Below, one piece after another: positions 45,494-56,504 of a stretch of 64,000 nucleotides of DNA. How positions within the stretch are numbered: the stretch's first letter is position 1; the number at the start of each line of letters is the position of its first letter. The position numbers and the translations under genes were made by a program. The notes under the pieces were generated by a model. That model did no database searches, was not told where the DNA came from, and saw only the letters and a list, made by a program, of their open reading frames with translations. Source of the DNA: a candidate division WWE3 bacterium (GTDB lineage: Bacteria > Patescibacteriota > WWE3 > UBA101185 > UBA10185); NCBI GenBank assembly GCA_014729135.1, contig WJKK01000001.1, positions 128,593 through 192,592 of the forward strand. Reading direction: 5' to 3'.

Positions 45494-46306
45494 ATGTTAG
45501 GAACAATTTGGAACACAATTTTAGTAACGCCTCTTTTAAACTTGTTAGTGTCGTTGTATCAGGCAGTTGGAAATTTAGGTATTGCCATAATTTTAATGAC
45601 GCTTTTAATTAGAGCTGCTCTTCTTCCTGTAATGCTGCCTTCCTTAAAAAGCATGAAAAAACAGCGTGCTTTAAAACCCGAACTTGATAAAATTCGCGAA
45701 AAATTCAAATACGATAAGCAAAAGCAAGCCGAAAAACAAATGGAACTTTTTAAGCAACATGGTATAAATCCTGCTTCAGGGTGCTTAACTCAAATCGTAA
45801 CCATCTTAATTTTGTTTTCCCTTTATGGCGTTATTCGCAAATTCACAACCGCTGAAGATATTGCCAATATCAACAGCCTTTTGTACTTTCCCTTCTTAAA
45901 GCTTCAGGAAGGTGCCGGAATTAACACTTCCTTTTTATATTTGGATCTTGCTAAACCGGATCCTTACTTTATTTTTGCGGTACTTTCAGGAGGATTGCAG
46001 TTCCTCTCAACCCGCATGACCATGGGCTTTACTCAAATGGGAGAGAAAGCTGCAAAAGAGACTCCTGAGAAAACTGATGACATGGCTTACAACATGCAAA
46101 AACAAATGCTCTACACAATGCCCATAATGAATGTTATAGTAGGAGTCACTCTGCCCTCCGGAATCGTTTTGTACATGATAACGGCTGCGGTCTTTTCTAT
46201 GTTGCAAAATATAATTCTAAATGGTCCGGAAAGTATGGGTCTTTCATTTGATAAGATGAAGGCAACAGTTAATAAGTTAACGGATAAGTTGAGAAAACAA
46301 TCCTAG
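45494..46306 (+). CDS. yidC: membrane protein insertase YidC (short Gram-positive type)
   Basis: 270 aa, 5 TM helices, YidC/Oxa1 conserved region and conserved position. Confidence 0.85.
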   Translation: MLGTIWNTILVTPLLNLLVSLYQAVGNLGIAIILMTLLIRAALLPVMLPSLKSMKKQRALKPELDKIREKFKYDKQKQAEKQMELFKQHGINPASGCLTQIVTILILFSLYGVIRKFTTAEDIANINSLLYFPFLKLQEGAGINTSFLYLDLAKPDPYFIFAVLSGGLQFLSTRMTMGFTQMGEKAAKETPEKTDDMAYNMQKQMLYTMPIMNVIVGVTLPSGIVLYMITAAVFSMLQNIILNGPESMGLSFDKMKATVNKLTDKLRKQS

Positions 46307-46321
46307 AAAGCAGTTTGAACT

Positions 46322-46810
46322 ATGACTACAGAAAAAAAGATTGAAAGTTTGAAAGAAATTTTAGAGGAGATTTTTGGTTATTTGGGAATTGATCCTAAGT
46401 TTACAATTGATGATGTTGAAGAGGATCATCTTTTTGTGAAGATTTGGGACGGTGATTTAAGCTTTTTAATTGGTTATCGCGGGAATTGTTTGAAGGCTTT
46501 GAAGTATTTTTTGGGGCTGGCTTTAAATCGAGGGATTGATGAGGAAGAGTGGACACGCGTTAGTGTTGATATTGAAGGTTATTTGGAGCGTCGTAAGGAG
46601 AAGATTGAGGAGATTGCTCGTAATCATATTGATAGGGTTAGGTTTTTTGGTCATGAGGTTTCTTTGCCGAACATGGATGCTTCGGAGCGTTTCATTGTGC
46701 ATGAGTATGTTGGGGAATATGCTGATATTGAGTCGGAGAGCGAAGGCTCCGGTTATAGTCGCCATGTTGTGCTGAAGCCTGTGGGAGATTCTGAGTCAAG
46801 CTCAGAATGA
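46322..46810 (+). CDS. jag: Jag/KhpB-like RNA-binding protein (KH plus R3H)
   Basis: DHLFVKIWDGDLSFLIGYRGNCLKALKYFL (KH-like) and R3H-like C-terminus. Conserved position after yidC. Confidence 0.7.
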   Translation: MTTEKKIESLKEILEEIFGYLGIDPKFTIDDVEEDHLFVKIWDGDLSFLIGYRGNCLKALKYFLGLALNRGIDEEEWTRVSVDIEGYLERRKEKIEEIARNHIDRVRFFGHEVSLPNMDASERFIVHEYVGEYADIESESEGSGYSRHVVLKPVGDSESSSE

Positions 46811-46828
46811 CGCAAGTCATCCTTGCTT

Positions 46829-46856
46829 ATGTCATCCCGGACTTGATCCGGGATCC
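46829..46856 (+). terminator. ATCCYGR-family hairpin 3' of jag
   Basis: GTC-ATCCCGG-ACTTGAT-CCGGGAT-CC. Same architecture as 57605-57630 with compensatory stem changes. Confidence 0.4.
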
Positions 46857-46905
46857 AAAGGCTAAAAACGCTTTTGAAAAGGTCTAGCAAATACAAACAA
46901 AAACA

Positions 46906-48018
46906 ATGAAATTTACCTGCCGCCAAGAAAACTTAGAAACAGGACTATCCCAGGTATATAAGGCTGTCCCTAACAAAGCCAACCTACCCATTCTTTCAAA
47001 TGTCCACCTTTTAGCAAAGGACGGCCGCTTAAGACTTTCAGCAACCAATTTGGACACCTCCATTACAACTTATGTTGGCGTTGACATAGCAAAAGAGGGC
47101 GCCATTACAGTTCCTGCTAAAATCTTTCGGGATTTAGTTTCCAACTTACCCGAAGGCGTTATAACAGTTACTTTAGACGATCACTTGCTTCATGTTGAAG
47201 TGGAAAAAAACACCGCCAAGCTTAACACTGTAGCTGCAGAGGAATATCCTGAAATTCCCGTTATGGGAGATGATGTAGAAGTGCTTGAAATGGACACGGA
47301 AGTTTTTGCCGATGCCGTTAAGACCGTTGTTTTTGCAGCAGCTAGCGATGAAACTCGGCCTATCTTTTCCGGAGTTTACATTTCCTTTATTGACGGAGTT
47401 TTAAACGTGGTTGCCTCGGATGGTTTTAGACTTTCCGAAAAAACCTTAACCTTGGATACTCCTTTTACAAAAACTTTCTCCGTTGTTATTCCGGCCAAAA
47501 CCTTAATGGAAGTTTCCCGCTTAATTGACACCGATGCTCCCACAAAAATTGCCTTAGATGACCGTGCTAACTTAGTTTTATTTGCAAACAAAGATACTGT
47601 TGTAGCCACAAGAATCTTAGACGGCAACTTTCCCGATTACAAACGCATAATTCCCACAGAGCACACCCTAGAAGCAGAAGTAGCTTATGAAGATTTGTTG
47701 GAAGCTGTAAGATTAGCCGACGTTTTTGCACAGCAAGTAGACAGCTCTATTAAAGTAAAATTTGACTCTGAGGAAGGCTTAATTTCCGTTTCCTCTTCCT
47801 CTCCCGAATCCGGTGAGCAAACCTCCTCCTTTCAAGCAGCCGTTGACGGCGACCCTCTAGAAATAGTCTTAAACTCCAAATATATTCTTGATTTCTTAAG
47901 TAACGCCGGCACTGATAAAATTCGCTTTCGTACCCAAACAGATCTTTCACCTTGTGTGTTCAATCCTTTAGGTAAGGAGGGTTTTCTGCACATAATCATG
48001 CCTCGTCAAAAGGATTAA
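46906..48018 (+). CDS. dnaN: DNA polymerase III beta subunit (sliding clamp)
   Basis: 370 aa. DnaN N-terminal pattern MKFTCRQENL...ILSNVHLLAKDGRLRLSATNLDTSI and three-domain length. Confidence 0.9.
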   Translation: MKFTCRQENLETGLSQVYKAVPNKANLPILSNVHLLAKDGRLRLSATNLDTSITTYVGVDIAKEGAITVPAKIFRDLVSNLPEGVITVTLDDHLLHVEVEKNTAKLNTVAAEEYPEIPVMGDDVEVLEMDTEVFADAVKTVVFAAASDETRPIFSGVYISFIDGVLNVVASDGFRLSEKTLTLDTPFTKTFSVVIPAKTLMEVSRLIDTDAPTKIALDDRANLVLFANKDTVVATRILDGNFPDYKRIIPTEHTLEAEVAYEDLLEAVRLADVFAQQVDSSIKVKFDSEEGLISVSSSSPESGEQTSSFQAAVDGDPLEIVLNSKYILDFLSNAGTDKIRFRTQTDLSPCVFNPLGKEGFLHIIMPRQKD

Positions 48019-48057
48019 GTAATCGAATAAATCGGTTACAATTAAGCCAATTAACCT

Positions 48058-49833
48058 ATGGATTCAGTACAAAAAGTAAAAACCAGATTAGGGATAGTTG
48101 AAGTTGTAAGTTCTTACCTTGATTTGCAACGTTCCGGAAAAAACTACAAAGCAGTTTGCCCCTTTCACTCCGAAGATACTCCTTCTTTTATGGTGTCGCC
48201 TAAATTGGGAATCTATAAGTGTTTTGGTTGTGGTGCTTCCGGGGATATTTTCACGTTTGTACAGGAAATGGATGGATTGGACTTTTACGAGGCCTTAAAA
48301 AAACTGGCAGATCAGGCAGGAGTTGAGCTGGAAAAGGCTCCAAAAAATGAGGCTTACAGGCTAAAAAAGAAGCTTTACAAAATTAACGAAAAAGCTGTGG
48401 AATTTTACGAGCACCTGCTGTTAAAGCATAAAGCAGGAAAGCAGGGATTGGAGTATTTAACAAAAAAGCGTGGCTTAAGTAAAGAAGTTATAAATGAATA
48501 TCGCCTGGGTTATGCTCCAAAAACCTGGGATCTGCTATATAAATTTCTGGTTAAGCAGGGGTATAAAGATGCTGAAATGGAAAAGGCCGGCGTTGTTATT
48601 CCTCGGAAAAAAGGCGACGGCTATATTGATAAATTTCGCGGGCGTGTAATGTTTCCTTTAATAGACACAACGGGGAAAGTTCAAGGTTTCATGGCTCGTA
48701 CAATTTTTGACGATATTCCCAAGTACCTAAACACCTCAGATACTCCCGTTTTTAACAAGTCGCGCTTTGTTTTTGGGCTTGATAAGGCTAGGATTTCGAT
48801 AAAAAAGAAGGGTACAGTTTTTGTGGAAGGCCCTATGGATGTGATTAGTGCTTATCAGGCAGGGATTAAAAATGTAGTGGCTCCTTTGGGGACTTCGCTT
48901 ACTTCGGCGCATCTAAAAATTATTGCTCGCTATACGGAAGATGTAACTTTTTGTTTTGACTCCGATACGGCGGGTCTGGAGGCAATTAAGCGCGCTATCT
49001 TGTTGGCAGAAAAGCAGAATTTAAATATTAAGGTGGCTATGATTCCTGAAAAGTATCGCGATTTAGATGAGGTCTTAAAGGATGATGCTGATCTAGCAGG
49101 AGATGTTTTGGCTTCGGCGGTTTCGGCTTACGACTTTTTTATTGCCTATGCCTTAAAAAAGCACAACAAAAAATCTGCTTTAGGTAAGAAGAAAATTGTC
49201 ACTGAACTTGCTCCGATTTTTTCTAAGATTTCCAGTGAGGTGGCCTTGGATCACTACGTTAAAGAGCTTGCCGAAGAGCTGGAAACTTCAGAGGAGGTTA
49301 TTTATTCGGCGTTGTCATCCGAGGAGGGTAAGGTTGATTTGGATGCTGCTTTTGGGGTGTCCTCAACGGAGGCTCCTGTGGAGGTGCACAGCCCTATTCA
49401 GGATCAGGAGGCGTACTTTTTATTTTTGCTTTTGAAGTTGGAGGATAGGCTAAAAATGCAGCCGTTTTTGGAAAAGCATAAGGAGGCGCACTTTTTTGGT
49501 ACTCAGGCAAAGCAGACTTTTACTCGGTTGGGTGATTACGTGGCTTCTTCTAAGGGAAATAAACTTGATATAAAAGCCTTTATTGATATAATGGATGAGT
49601 CTTTGGCCGGTTTTGTGCAGAATCTTTATTTGTGGCAAGATTGGTCTGAACTGGATGACTCCGGAATTTTAGGAGAGTTGGAGGATGTTAGTGAGCGTCT
49701 GGAGAAGCGGTTTGCAAAGAAGGCTATTGAGCGTTTGCAAAAGGAGTTGTCGTTGGCGGAAAAGCAGGGGGATACGGCTAAAGTTAAGAGTTTGACGGAG
49801 CGAATTAGGGATTTTTCACGTAAGATAGTTTAA
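48058..49833 (+). CDS. dnaG: DNA primase
   Basis: CHC2 zinc finger CPFHSEDTPSFMVSPKLGIYKCFGCGASGD, Toprim domain and C-terminal helicase-binding region. Confidence 0.9.
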   Translation: MDSVQKVKTRLGIVEVVSSYLDLQRSGKNYKAVCPFHSEDTPSFMVSPKLGIYKCFGCGASGDIFTFVQEMDGLDFYEALKKLADQAGVELEKAPKNEAYRLKKKLYKINEKAVEFYEHLLLKHKAGKQGLEYLTKKRGLSKEVINEYRLGYAPKTWDLLYKFLVKQGYKDAEMEKAGVVIPRKKGDGYIDKFRGRVMFPLIDTTGKVQGFMARTIFDDIPKYLNTSDTPVFNKSRFVFGLDKARISIKKKGTVFVEGPMDVISAYQAGIKNVVAPLGTSLTSAHLKIIARYTEDVTFCFDSDTAGLEAIKRAILLAEKQNLNIKVAMIPEKYRDLDEVLKDDADLAGDVLASAVSAYDFFIAYALKKHNKKSALGKKKIVTELAPIFSKISSEVALDHYVKELAEELETSEEVIYSALSSEEGKVDLDAAFGVSSTEAPVEVHSPIQDQEAYFLFLLLKLEDRLKMQPFLEKHKEAHFFGTQAKQTFTRLGDYVASSKGNKLDIKAFIDIMDESLAGFVQNLYLWQDWSELDDSGILGELEDVSERLEKRFAKKAIERLQKELSLAEKQGDTAKVKSLTERIRDFSRKIV

Positions 49834-49891
49834 AATTAAGGCGCTATTTGCTGTTCTTTGAGAGAGGAAAGAGGCAGCTTTTTAAAAACAC

Positions 49892-51004
49892 ATGGCAAAA
49901 AAGAAAGAACCCAAAAACAAAAAAGAAAATATAGTAGATCCCAAGGAGCGCACAATTCAAAAGTTGGTGCTGCAAGGGAAAAAGCAAGGATATTTGACTG
50001 TTTCGGAAGTACTTTCTGTTTTTCCTGAAGCTGAAGAGAACATTGAGGAACTGGATAAGCTGTATCAAAAGCTTGGCGGTGAAGGTGTTAATGTTTTTGA
50101 TGTTCAGGCAGAGCGCGATGAGGAAGAATTGGATGCCTTTTCTGAAGGTATTTTAGAGAAGCTGCAAAAAGGAGGTTCTCGTTCGACGGATCCTGTTCGC
50201 ATGTATCTGCGTGAAATTGGAAAGGTTCCTTTGTTAAAGGCTGAAGAAGAAGTTCAGTTAGCCAAGCGAATTGAGGCTGATGATGAGGCTGCTTTTGAGC
50301 ATTTAACACGTGCAAATCTCCGCTTAGTTGTTTCCATAGCCAAAAAATATATGGGGCGAGGTTTAGCCTTTCTTGACTTGATTCAGGAAGGTAACACCGG
50401 TTTAATGCGTGCTGTTGAAAAATTTGATTGGCGTCGTGGATTTAAGTTTTCAACATATGCTACTTGGTGGATTCGTCAGGCCATTACACGCGCTTTAGCG
50501 GATCAGGCTAGGACTATTCGAATTCCTGTGCACATGGTGGAGACGATTAACAAGTATAAAAAGATTGAGCGTCAGCTGGAGCAGGAGAAGGAGCGTGCCA
50601 TTAAGCCTGCAGAAGTTGCAAAAGAGATGGACATTGATATTGAGAAGGCTCGCCACATTGTTAAGATTTCGCAAAAGACGGCCTCTATAGAGACCCCTGT
50701 GGGTAAGGAAGAGGACACTCGTTTGAAGGCTTTTATTGAGGATAAGAAGGCGTTGTCCCCTTTTGAGTCGGCTAGTCAGGAGCTTTTGAAGGGGCATATT
50801 ATGGATGTTTTGCACACGCTAAGTGATCGGGAGAAGCGTGTTTTGGAGTTGCGTTTTGGATTGTTGGATGGGCGGACGCGAACTTTGGAGGAGGTTGGCA
50901 AGGAGTTTGGAGTGACTCGTGAGCGTATTCGGCAGATTGAGGCTAAGGCTTTGCGAAAGTTGCGTCATCCTTCAAGAAGCCGTAAGCTACGGGATTATTT
51001 GTAG
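49892..51004 (+). CDS. rpoD: RNA polymerase primary sigma factor (sigma-70 family)
   Basis: Regions 1.2, 2 ([18 protein letters not shown]), 3 and 4 ([28 protein letters not shown]). Follows dnaG as in the MMS operon. Confidence 0.9.
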   Translation: MAKKKEPKNKKENIVDPKERTIQKLVLQGKKQGYLTVSEVLSVFPEAEENIEELDKLYQKLGGEGVNVFDVQAERDEEELDAFSEGILEKLQKGGSRSTDPVRMYLREIGKVPLLKAEEEVQLAKRIEADDEAAFEHLTRANLRLVVSIAKKYMGRGLAFLDLIQEGNTGLMRAVEKFDWRRGFKFSTYATWWIRQAITRALADQARTIRIPVHMVETINKYKKIERQLEQEKERAIKPAEVAKEMDIDIEKARHIVKISQKTASIETPVGKEEDTRLKAFIEDKKALSPFESASQELLKGHIMDVLHTLSDREKRVLELRFGLLDGRTRTLEEVGKEFGVTRERIRQIEAKALRKLRHPSRSRKLRDYL

Positions 51005-51014
51005 CTTTTTATTT

Positions 51015-52688
51015 CTAGAGTTTTGGGCAATAATTTTTCTTCGTTGTTAAGCACTTGTTTTCATAAATATGCACGTCTGAAAGATTCACTAAATTTGGTT
51101 TTGGGAGCGTAAACTCTTTTATTAGTTGAAATTTTTCCGGATTTTTTACTGTAGTTTCAAACTCTTCCCATCTTTCTGAATAAAAAGGATACTTTTCCTG
51201 CACCTCTTCCCTTTTATAGTTGTTCATGGGTTTTGAGGATAAAATTACATAATCATAGCCTATTGGATCCGGTGGAAAGTCAAATTGGGCATTTTCCGTT
51301 GTATAAACAATTGGTCTTATTACTCTTATCCCCTGCAACTTATTAAGGGGATCTAAACCCTCTTCCGTAATTGCAAGTTTATTAGCACTTTCCGGTAGAT
51401 TATCCCTTGCCCACTCGTAGCTTTCTGATTTTGGTGTGTGCCGATTGAATTGCTTTAGTAGCAGTAGAGGGTTTTTTAGATAGAGGGTTCCCCCCGCAAG
51501 TATTGTTATTGTACTTAGAAGTGGGAAAAGGTTCTTTTGAACGCACTTTTGCAGCCCGCTCCTAGCGGGCGAAACGTGAGGAAAAAGATGCCTTTTCCCA
51601 ACTTCTACTATGCCTTTTGCTGCATAAACCAGCACCAAAGGAAGTATTGGAAGTAGCCATCTACCAACTTCACGGGCATTTAGTGAGAAAAACAGCAAAT
51701 AAGTTAGGATGTTTCCTGTTAAAAAGATATGCAAAGCAATGTCCTTTTTTTCCTTCCTTTTACTACGAACAAAAGTAACCAAATTCCCGTAAAGGGAAAT
51801 GAGAAAAACAAGTGGAGTTGAAATAAAAATTAGACTTTTCAAATACTTCAGGGTATCTAAATTTACCGAATCAAAAACCATTCCGGCTTCTTTAGCTTGC
51901 ATCTCAAAAATTCTATAAGCAAAATCATGTGCAAAAATAAGCGAAAAGGGATTAGATATAGCAAATCCTATGTAGCTTAGAAACAGAAAAGCAAATAAAC
52001 TACGCCAATCCTTTTGCTTTGCGTAAATATAAATCAGCCAAGGCAAAGATAAAACGGCAGTAATCTTTGTTCCTACCGCAAATCCAAATAAGATTCCCGA
52101 CAAAATCACCCACAAACTTTTCTTTGGATCTCTAAAATATAGGATGTAGGTTAAAAACACCCCATTAATTAACAGAGTTAGGAAAATATCCATATTCACG
52201 TAATGAGAATGCACTATTAGTTTCCAGTTAAGGCTTGTTAGAAAAATTAATCCTAGTGCTTCTAGCTTTGAAACTTTTTTATTAAACAAATTTTTATAAA
52301 TTAACAATGCTATGGGAATGATGCTTAAAGAAGTTAAAGCAGTAAGACTTCTTAAAAAAACATAAATTGCTTGCTTTTCAAAGGCGAAGTTTAAAAGATT
52401 GGCTCCTTTACTAAAGGACATAGTGGCAAGAGTTAAAATATAAGTGGGAAACATTCCATACACAAAAGAAATTGGGATGAGTCTGTAAAATTCTTTTTTA
52501 CTCATTATGTTGCGGATTTGATAGGTGTATTTAACTGCCAATTCCACAATTTCAGGCTCGTCAGCATGAAAACTATGAGGGAGTCCGAAATTTATGGCAT
52601 GAAGGCGTAGATATGTTCCTGATAGAACTATTATTGCTGCCGTCAGCCAAAAAAGAAGTTGTTTGTTTTTAAATTTAGAGATTTTCAT
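51015..52688 (-). CDS. polytopic membrane glycosyltransferase-like protein (GT-C / ArnT-PMT-like)
   Basis: 557 aa. N-terminal half has at least 10 TM helices. C-terminal soluble domain. Confidence 0.5.
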   Translation of the reverse strand: MKISKFKNKQLLFWLTAAIIVLSGTYLRLHAINFGLPHSFHADEPEIVELAVKYTYQIRNIMSKKEFYRLIPISFVYGMFPTYILTLATMSFSKGANLLNFAFEKQAIYVFLRSLTALTSLSIIPIALLIYKNLFNKKVSKLEALGLIFLTSLNWKLIVHSHYVNMDIFLTLLINGVFLTYILYFRDPKKSLWVILSGILFGFAVGTKITAVLSLPWLIYIYAKQKDWRSLFAFLFLSYIGFAISNPFSLIFAHDFAYRIFEMQAKEAGMVFDSVNLDTLKYLKSLIFISTPLVFLISLYGNLVTFVRSKRKEKKDIALHIFLTGNILTYLLFFSLNAREVGRWLLPILPLVLVYAAKGIVEVGKRHLFPHVSPARSGLQKCVQKNLFPLLSTITILAGGTLYLKNPLLLLKQFNRHTPKSESYEWARDNLPESANKLAITEEGLDPLNKLQGIRVIRPIVYTTENAQFDFPPDPIGYDYVILSSKPMNNYKREEVQEKYPFYSERWEEFETTVKNPEKFQLIKEFTLPKPNLVNLSDVHIYENKCLTTKKNYCPKL

Positions 52689-53793
52689 TAGCCAAAAGTT
52701 CTCGTGTTTTAGATTTGTAAGCTTCTACATCCGGTTGTCCAAAAGGATTAACCTCTAAAAGCTTAGCTAAAAGAAGCACTTCCATCATTTTAGTTTGCAT
52801 AAACTTACCTAGCTCCTCCTCATTTGTTTCTTCCAGTATGTGGGTTCTAAAAGGAATTTGCTTTTCTTTGTAGGTTTCTTGAACGGCTTTCATAATGGTT
52901 TGTTGGTATTTGTTTTCATCTTTAGAGATTAGGAATTCATGCTGTGTGTTTTGAGTTCCTCCTGCAAAGTATTGTTGCAGTGAGTGGAGGTCTTTGGATC
53001 CTTCTGAAACTGCTGGAAAAAATCCTTTGTTTTCTTTTCCTAAGCTTTCTCCAAGGAGCTGTTGATACCAAAAAGCTAGTGTTTTTAGCTTTGGCGAGAA
53101 AACAAAGATGTTGTAGATTTTTTTACCATTTTTATAGTTTTCAAAGACTTCCGTTACGTTTTTGATAGTTTTTTCCGGATTTTCAGAGATTTCTTTGGTT
53201 GCTTGCATTGCTCCTTTTAGTAACTGGACTACATCTATTTTTGTTAGAGCTAATGGAACCAGTCCTACAGGAGAAAAAACGGAAAATCTTCCACCTACCT
53301 CTTGAGGAATTGTTAGGGTTGTGGCTTTTTCCCTATTGATAGGAAATTCGGAGTCTTTTCCCGTTATGAGAATTTCATGAAAGCCGGCTTTCCATGGGAG
53401 ATGTTCTTTTAACAGTTCATAGTTCTTTCTTGTTTCTAAAGTTTTTCCTGATTTGCTAATTGTTATGAAGGCTGTTTTTTTAGGATCTTTTTTTTCCAAA
53501 TCTTTTACTAAGTATTGAATTTTTTCTACGTTTATTTGATCTAAAAAATGGAGTTTAGTACTAGGGTTAGTGTAGGAAAACAGCGCTTCATAAATAGCTT
53601 TTGTCCCTAAAGAAGAACCTCCAATTCCTATAACAAAAACATCTGTGACATTTAGGTTTTTTGTCGCCTCCATAACTTCTCTAAGGTTATCCTCATCAAA
53701 GGGAAGTTTAAGAAAACTTTCTTCCGTTGAGTATCCTTCTTTTTTTAATGTTTGGGAAAGACTATCCAGATATGTTGCAAGTTCCAATGCCAT
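52675..53793 (-). CDS. pgi: glucose-6-phosphate isomerase (SIS-domain PGI)
   Basis: VFVIGIGGSSLGTKAIYEAL and PGI family pattern. 372 aa. Confidence 0.75.
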   Translation of the reverse strand: MALELATYLDSLSQTLKKEGYSTEESFLKLPFDEDNLREVMEATKNLNVTDVFVIGIGGSSLGTKAIYEALFSYTNPSTKLHFLDQINVEKIQYLVKDLEKKDPKKTAFITISKSGKTLETRKNYELLKEHLPWKAGFHEILITGKDSEFPINREKATTLTIPQEVGGRFSVFSPVGLVPLALTKIDVVQLLKGAMQATKEISENPEKTIKNVTEVFENYKNGKKIYNIFVFSPKLKTLAFWYQQLLGESLGKENKGFFPAVSEGSKDLHSLQQYFAGGTQNTQHEFLISKDENKYQQTIMKAVQETYKEKQIPFRTHILEETNEEELGKFMQTKMMEVLLLAKLLEVNPFGQPDVEAYKSKTRELLANENL

Positions 53794-53820
53794 GTTTAAA
53801 GTATATCAGTTTCGTTATTT

Positions 53821-56415
53821 TTGCATTTTGTTAAAATAGGCTTTGCAATGGTCTCTAGAAAATCCGGTAAAAAAGCCTCCAAAAAAGGAAAGGAAAAGTC
53901 TCCCTCCAAAGATGTTTCTGAAAAAGGCGTAGAAGAAAATTGCTCCAAATCCTCTTTAGAACGGGAATTCCAAACACCAATGATGCAGCAGTACATTGAG
54001 ATTAAAAGAGCTCACAAAGACTGCATAATCTTTTTTCGACTAGGCGACTTTTATGAAATGTTTTTGGAAGACGCTCAAATAGGGGCAAAAGTTTTAGACA
54101 TAACTTTAACCGGTCGTGACAGAGGAAAAGACGGGCGTGTTCCCATGGCGGGAGTTCCCTATCATGCTGTTGATTCGTATCTCCCTCGTTTAGTAAAGGC
54201 AGGTCACAAAGTAGCTATTTGTGAACAAGTTGGCGATCCCGAATCCGGAGGACTAATGAAGCGGGAAGTCGTTCGCATTGTCACTCCGGGTACTTTGTTA
54301 AACGAAAGTAGTCTTGAGAAAAAAGAAAACAACTACATTTTTTCATTTCTCGTTACGGGAAAACACATAGGAGTTGCTTTAGCAGACTTATCCACCGGGG
54401 ATTTCAAGTCGGCAGAGTTTAAAGATACCTCTTTAGAACAAATTTTAACAGATGAAATTTTTAGATTTATGCCTTCCGAATGCATTGTTACTTTGGACGA
54501 CTACAACAATCCCAAAATTTTAAAAGTCCTAAAAAAGAACCCAAACCTTAACATATATTTCTATGAAGACGCCTCTTTTTACATTGATAATGCTGAAAAC
54601 ACTTTATTGGAGCATTTTGAGGTTAAAGATCTTTCAGGCTTTGGTTTAAAAGAAAAAACGGCGGCTCAAAAAGCTTCCGCCTTATTGTTGGGCTATCTCT
54701 ACTCCACACAAAAAGGCAAAGTAAGCCACATTTCTAAAATTTCTTTATTGCAAAGAAAAGATCATGTAAGTCTGGATCAATCTACTGTAATTAACTTGGA
54801 AATTTTTAAAACTCTTCGTGACGGCTCTAAAAAAGGCTCTTTAGTTGGCTTTTTAGACCAAATGCAAACTTCTATGGGAGGGCGTTTGCTGCGTTCTTGG
54901 TTACGATCCCCTTTAATGGAAACCAAAACCTTAGAAGAGCGCTATGATCTAATTGATTATTACCTTCAAAACCTTGATTCCTATGAAAAGTTGCGCGAAA
55001 TGCTTTGTGAAATAGCTGATATAGAAAGAATTCTTTCGCGAGTTTCTGTAGGTATAGGAAATCCAATTGATCTTGTCTCGCTAAAATCTTCTGTGAATAT
55101 GGCCCTGAATGTTCGGGAAGTAGTTGAATCAGCCCTGCCGCCCCTTACTAAAGCTCACAAAAAGCTGGTTGCAGATATTTCCCCTAAGTTACAGGACTTA
55201 GTGGATTACATTGAAAAGCGTCTAATAGCGGAACCTCCCCTAGATCCCAAGAACGGCGGTTTTATAAAGGAAGGTGTGGACTCCCGTTTAGATGACCTTC
55301 GCAAAAAGATTTTAGGCAGTCGGGATTTTGTGGAAAATCTGGAAGAACAGCAACGTGAGGAAACGGGCATCGCCTCCCTTAAGGTAAAATCAAACAAGGT
55401 TTATGGTTATTACATCGAAGTTACCAAGACGAATCTGGATCAAGTGCCTGATCATTATGTGCGCAAGCAAACTCTGGTAAATTCGGAGCGCTTTATTACG
55501 CCGGAGTTGAAACGGCATGAAGCTCTGATTTTGAAAGCAGAGGAGAAAATAAAAGATCTTGAATATGAGTTGTTTTTAGAAATTGTTGAGGAGGTTTTGT
55601 CCTATAATGCCTTTTTACAGCAAGCTTCCCAAGCTATTGCAACTTTAGATTGCCTATTAAATTTTACGAAATTTGCTCTAGAAAAGGACTTTCATCGTCC
55701 AAATCTGACAAGTTCAGGGGAAATTAAGATTAATCAAGGGAGGCATCCTGTTGTAGAGGACTTGTTGCCTCTAGGTGAGTTTAATCCCAATGACACCGTG
55801 TTAAACCAAAAGGATCATCAGCTTCTGATTTTAACCGGGCCAAACATGTCGGGAAAGTCGGTTTATATTCGTCAGGTGGCTGTCATTATGCTGCTGGCTC
55901 AAATAGGATGTTTTGTTCCTGCTGCCTCCGCCGAGATAACTCCCGTGGATAGAATCTTTGTTCGCAGCGGGGCTTCTGACATGATTTCGTCAGGCATTTC
56001 AACTTTCATGCTGGAAATGATTGAAGCTGCCTACATTTTAAACAACGCCACCTCCAACAGTTTAATTATTATGGATGAAATTGGCCGTGGTACCAGTACT
56101 TATGACGGTATCAGTTTGGCCTGGTCTATTGCTTCTTACTTGGTGACTCAAAAGGATTTAAAGCCCAAGACGCTTTTTGCCACGCATTATCACGAGCTTT
56201 GTGATCTGGAGAAAAAGTTTCCCGACTCCATTAAGAATTTTCAGGTGCTGGTTCAAGAGGATGCTGAAGGGGAGCCTATCTTTTTGCATAAGGTAACGGA
56301 GGGGCCTGCAGGGCATAGCTGTGGGATTGCAGTGGCGCGTTTGGCGGGTGTTCCTGAGGAGGTTACAAAAAAAGCAGAGGAGGTTTTGAAGCGTCTGGAG
56401 GGCCGTGGTGTTTAG
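53821..56415 (+). CDS. mutS: DNA mismatch repair protein MutS
   Basis: N-terminal mismatch-binding domain TPMMQQYIEIKRAHKDCIIFFRLGDFYEMF. Walker A GPNMSGKS. Complete domain series. Confidence 0.9.
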   Translation: MHFVKIGFAMVSRKSGKKASKKGKEKSPSKDVSEKGVEENCSKSSLEREFQTPMMQQYIEIKRAHKDCIIFFRLGDFYEMFLEDAQIGAKVLDITLTGRDRGKDGRVPMAGVPYHAVDSYLPRLVKAGHKVAICEQVGDPESGGLMKREVVRIVTPGTLLNESSLEKKENNYIFSFLVTGKHIGVALADLSTGDFKSAEFKDTSLEQILTDEIFRFMPSECIVTLDDYNNPKILKVLKKNPNLNIYFYEDASFYIDNAENTLLEHFEVKDLSGFGLKEKTAAQKASALLLGYLYSTQKGKVSHISKISLLQRKDHVSLDQSTVINLEIFKTLRDGSKKGSLVGFLDQMQTSMGGRLLRSWLRSPLMETKTLEERYDLIDYYLQNLDSYEKLREMLCEIADIERILSRVSVGIGNPIDLVSLKSSVNMALNVREVVESALPPLTKAHKKLVADISPKLQDLVDYIEKRLIAEPPLDPKNGGFIKEGVDSRLDDLRKKILGSRDFVENLEEQQREETGIASLKVKSNKVYGYYIEVTKTNLDQVPDHYVRKQTLVNSERFITPELKRHEALILKAEEKIKDLEYELFLEIVEEVLSYNAFLQQASQAIATLDCLLNFTKFALEKDFHRPNLTSSGEIKINQGRHPVVEDLLPLGEFNPNDTVLNQKDHQLLILTGPNMSGKSVYIRQVAVIMLLAQIGCFVPAASAEITPVDRIFVRSGASDMISSGISTFMLEMIEAAYILNNATSNSLIIMDEIGRGTSTYDGISLAWSIASYLVTQKDLKPKTLFATHYHELCDLEKKFPDSIKNFQVLVQEDAEGEPIFLHKVTEGPAGHSCGIAVARLAGVPEEVTKKAEEVLKRLEGRGV

Positions 56416-56504
56416 TGTAAAAATTGCAAGCATCAAGGCAGCGCTTTTTAGGCCTTGACTAGGCCTCCCGTTATAGAGTAGAATGCTACTCGCTTACAAC
56501 TTGT

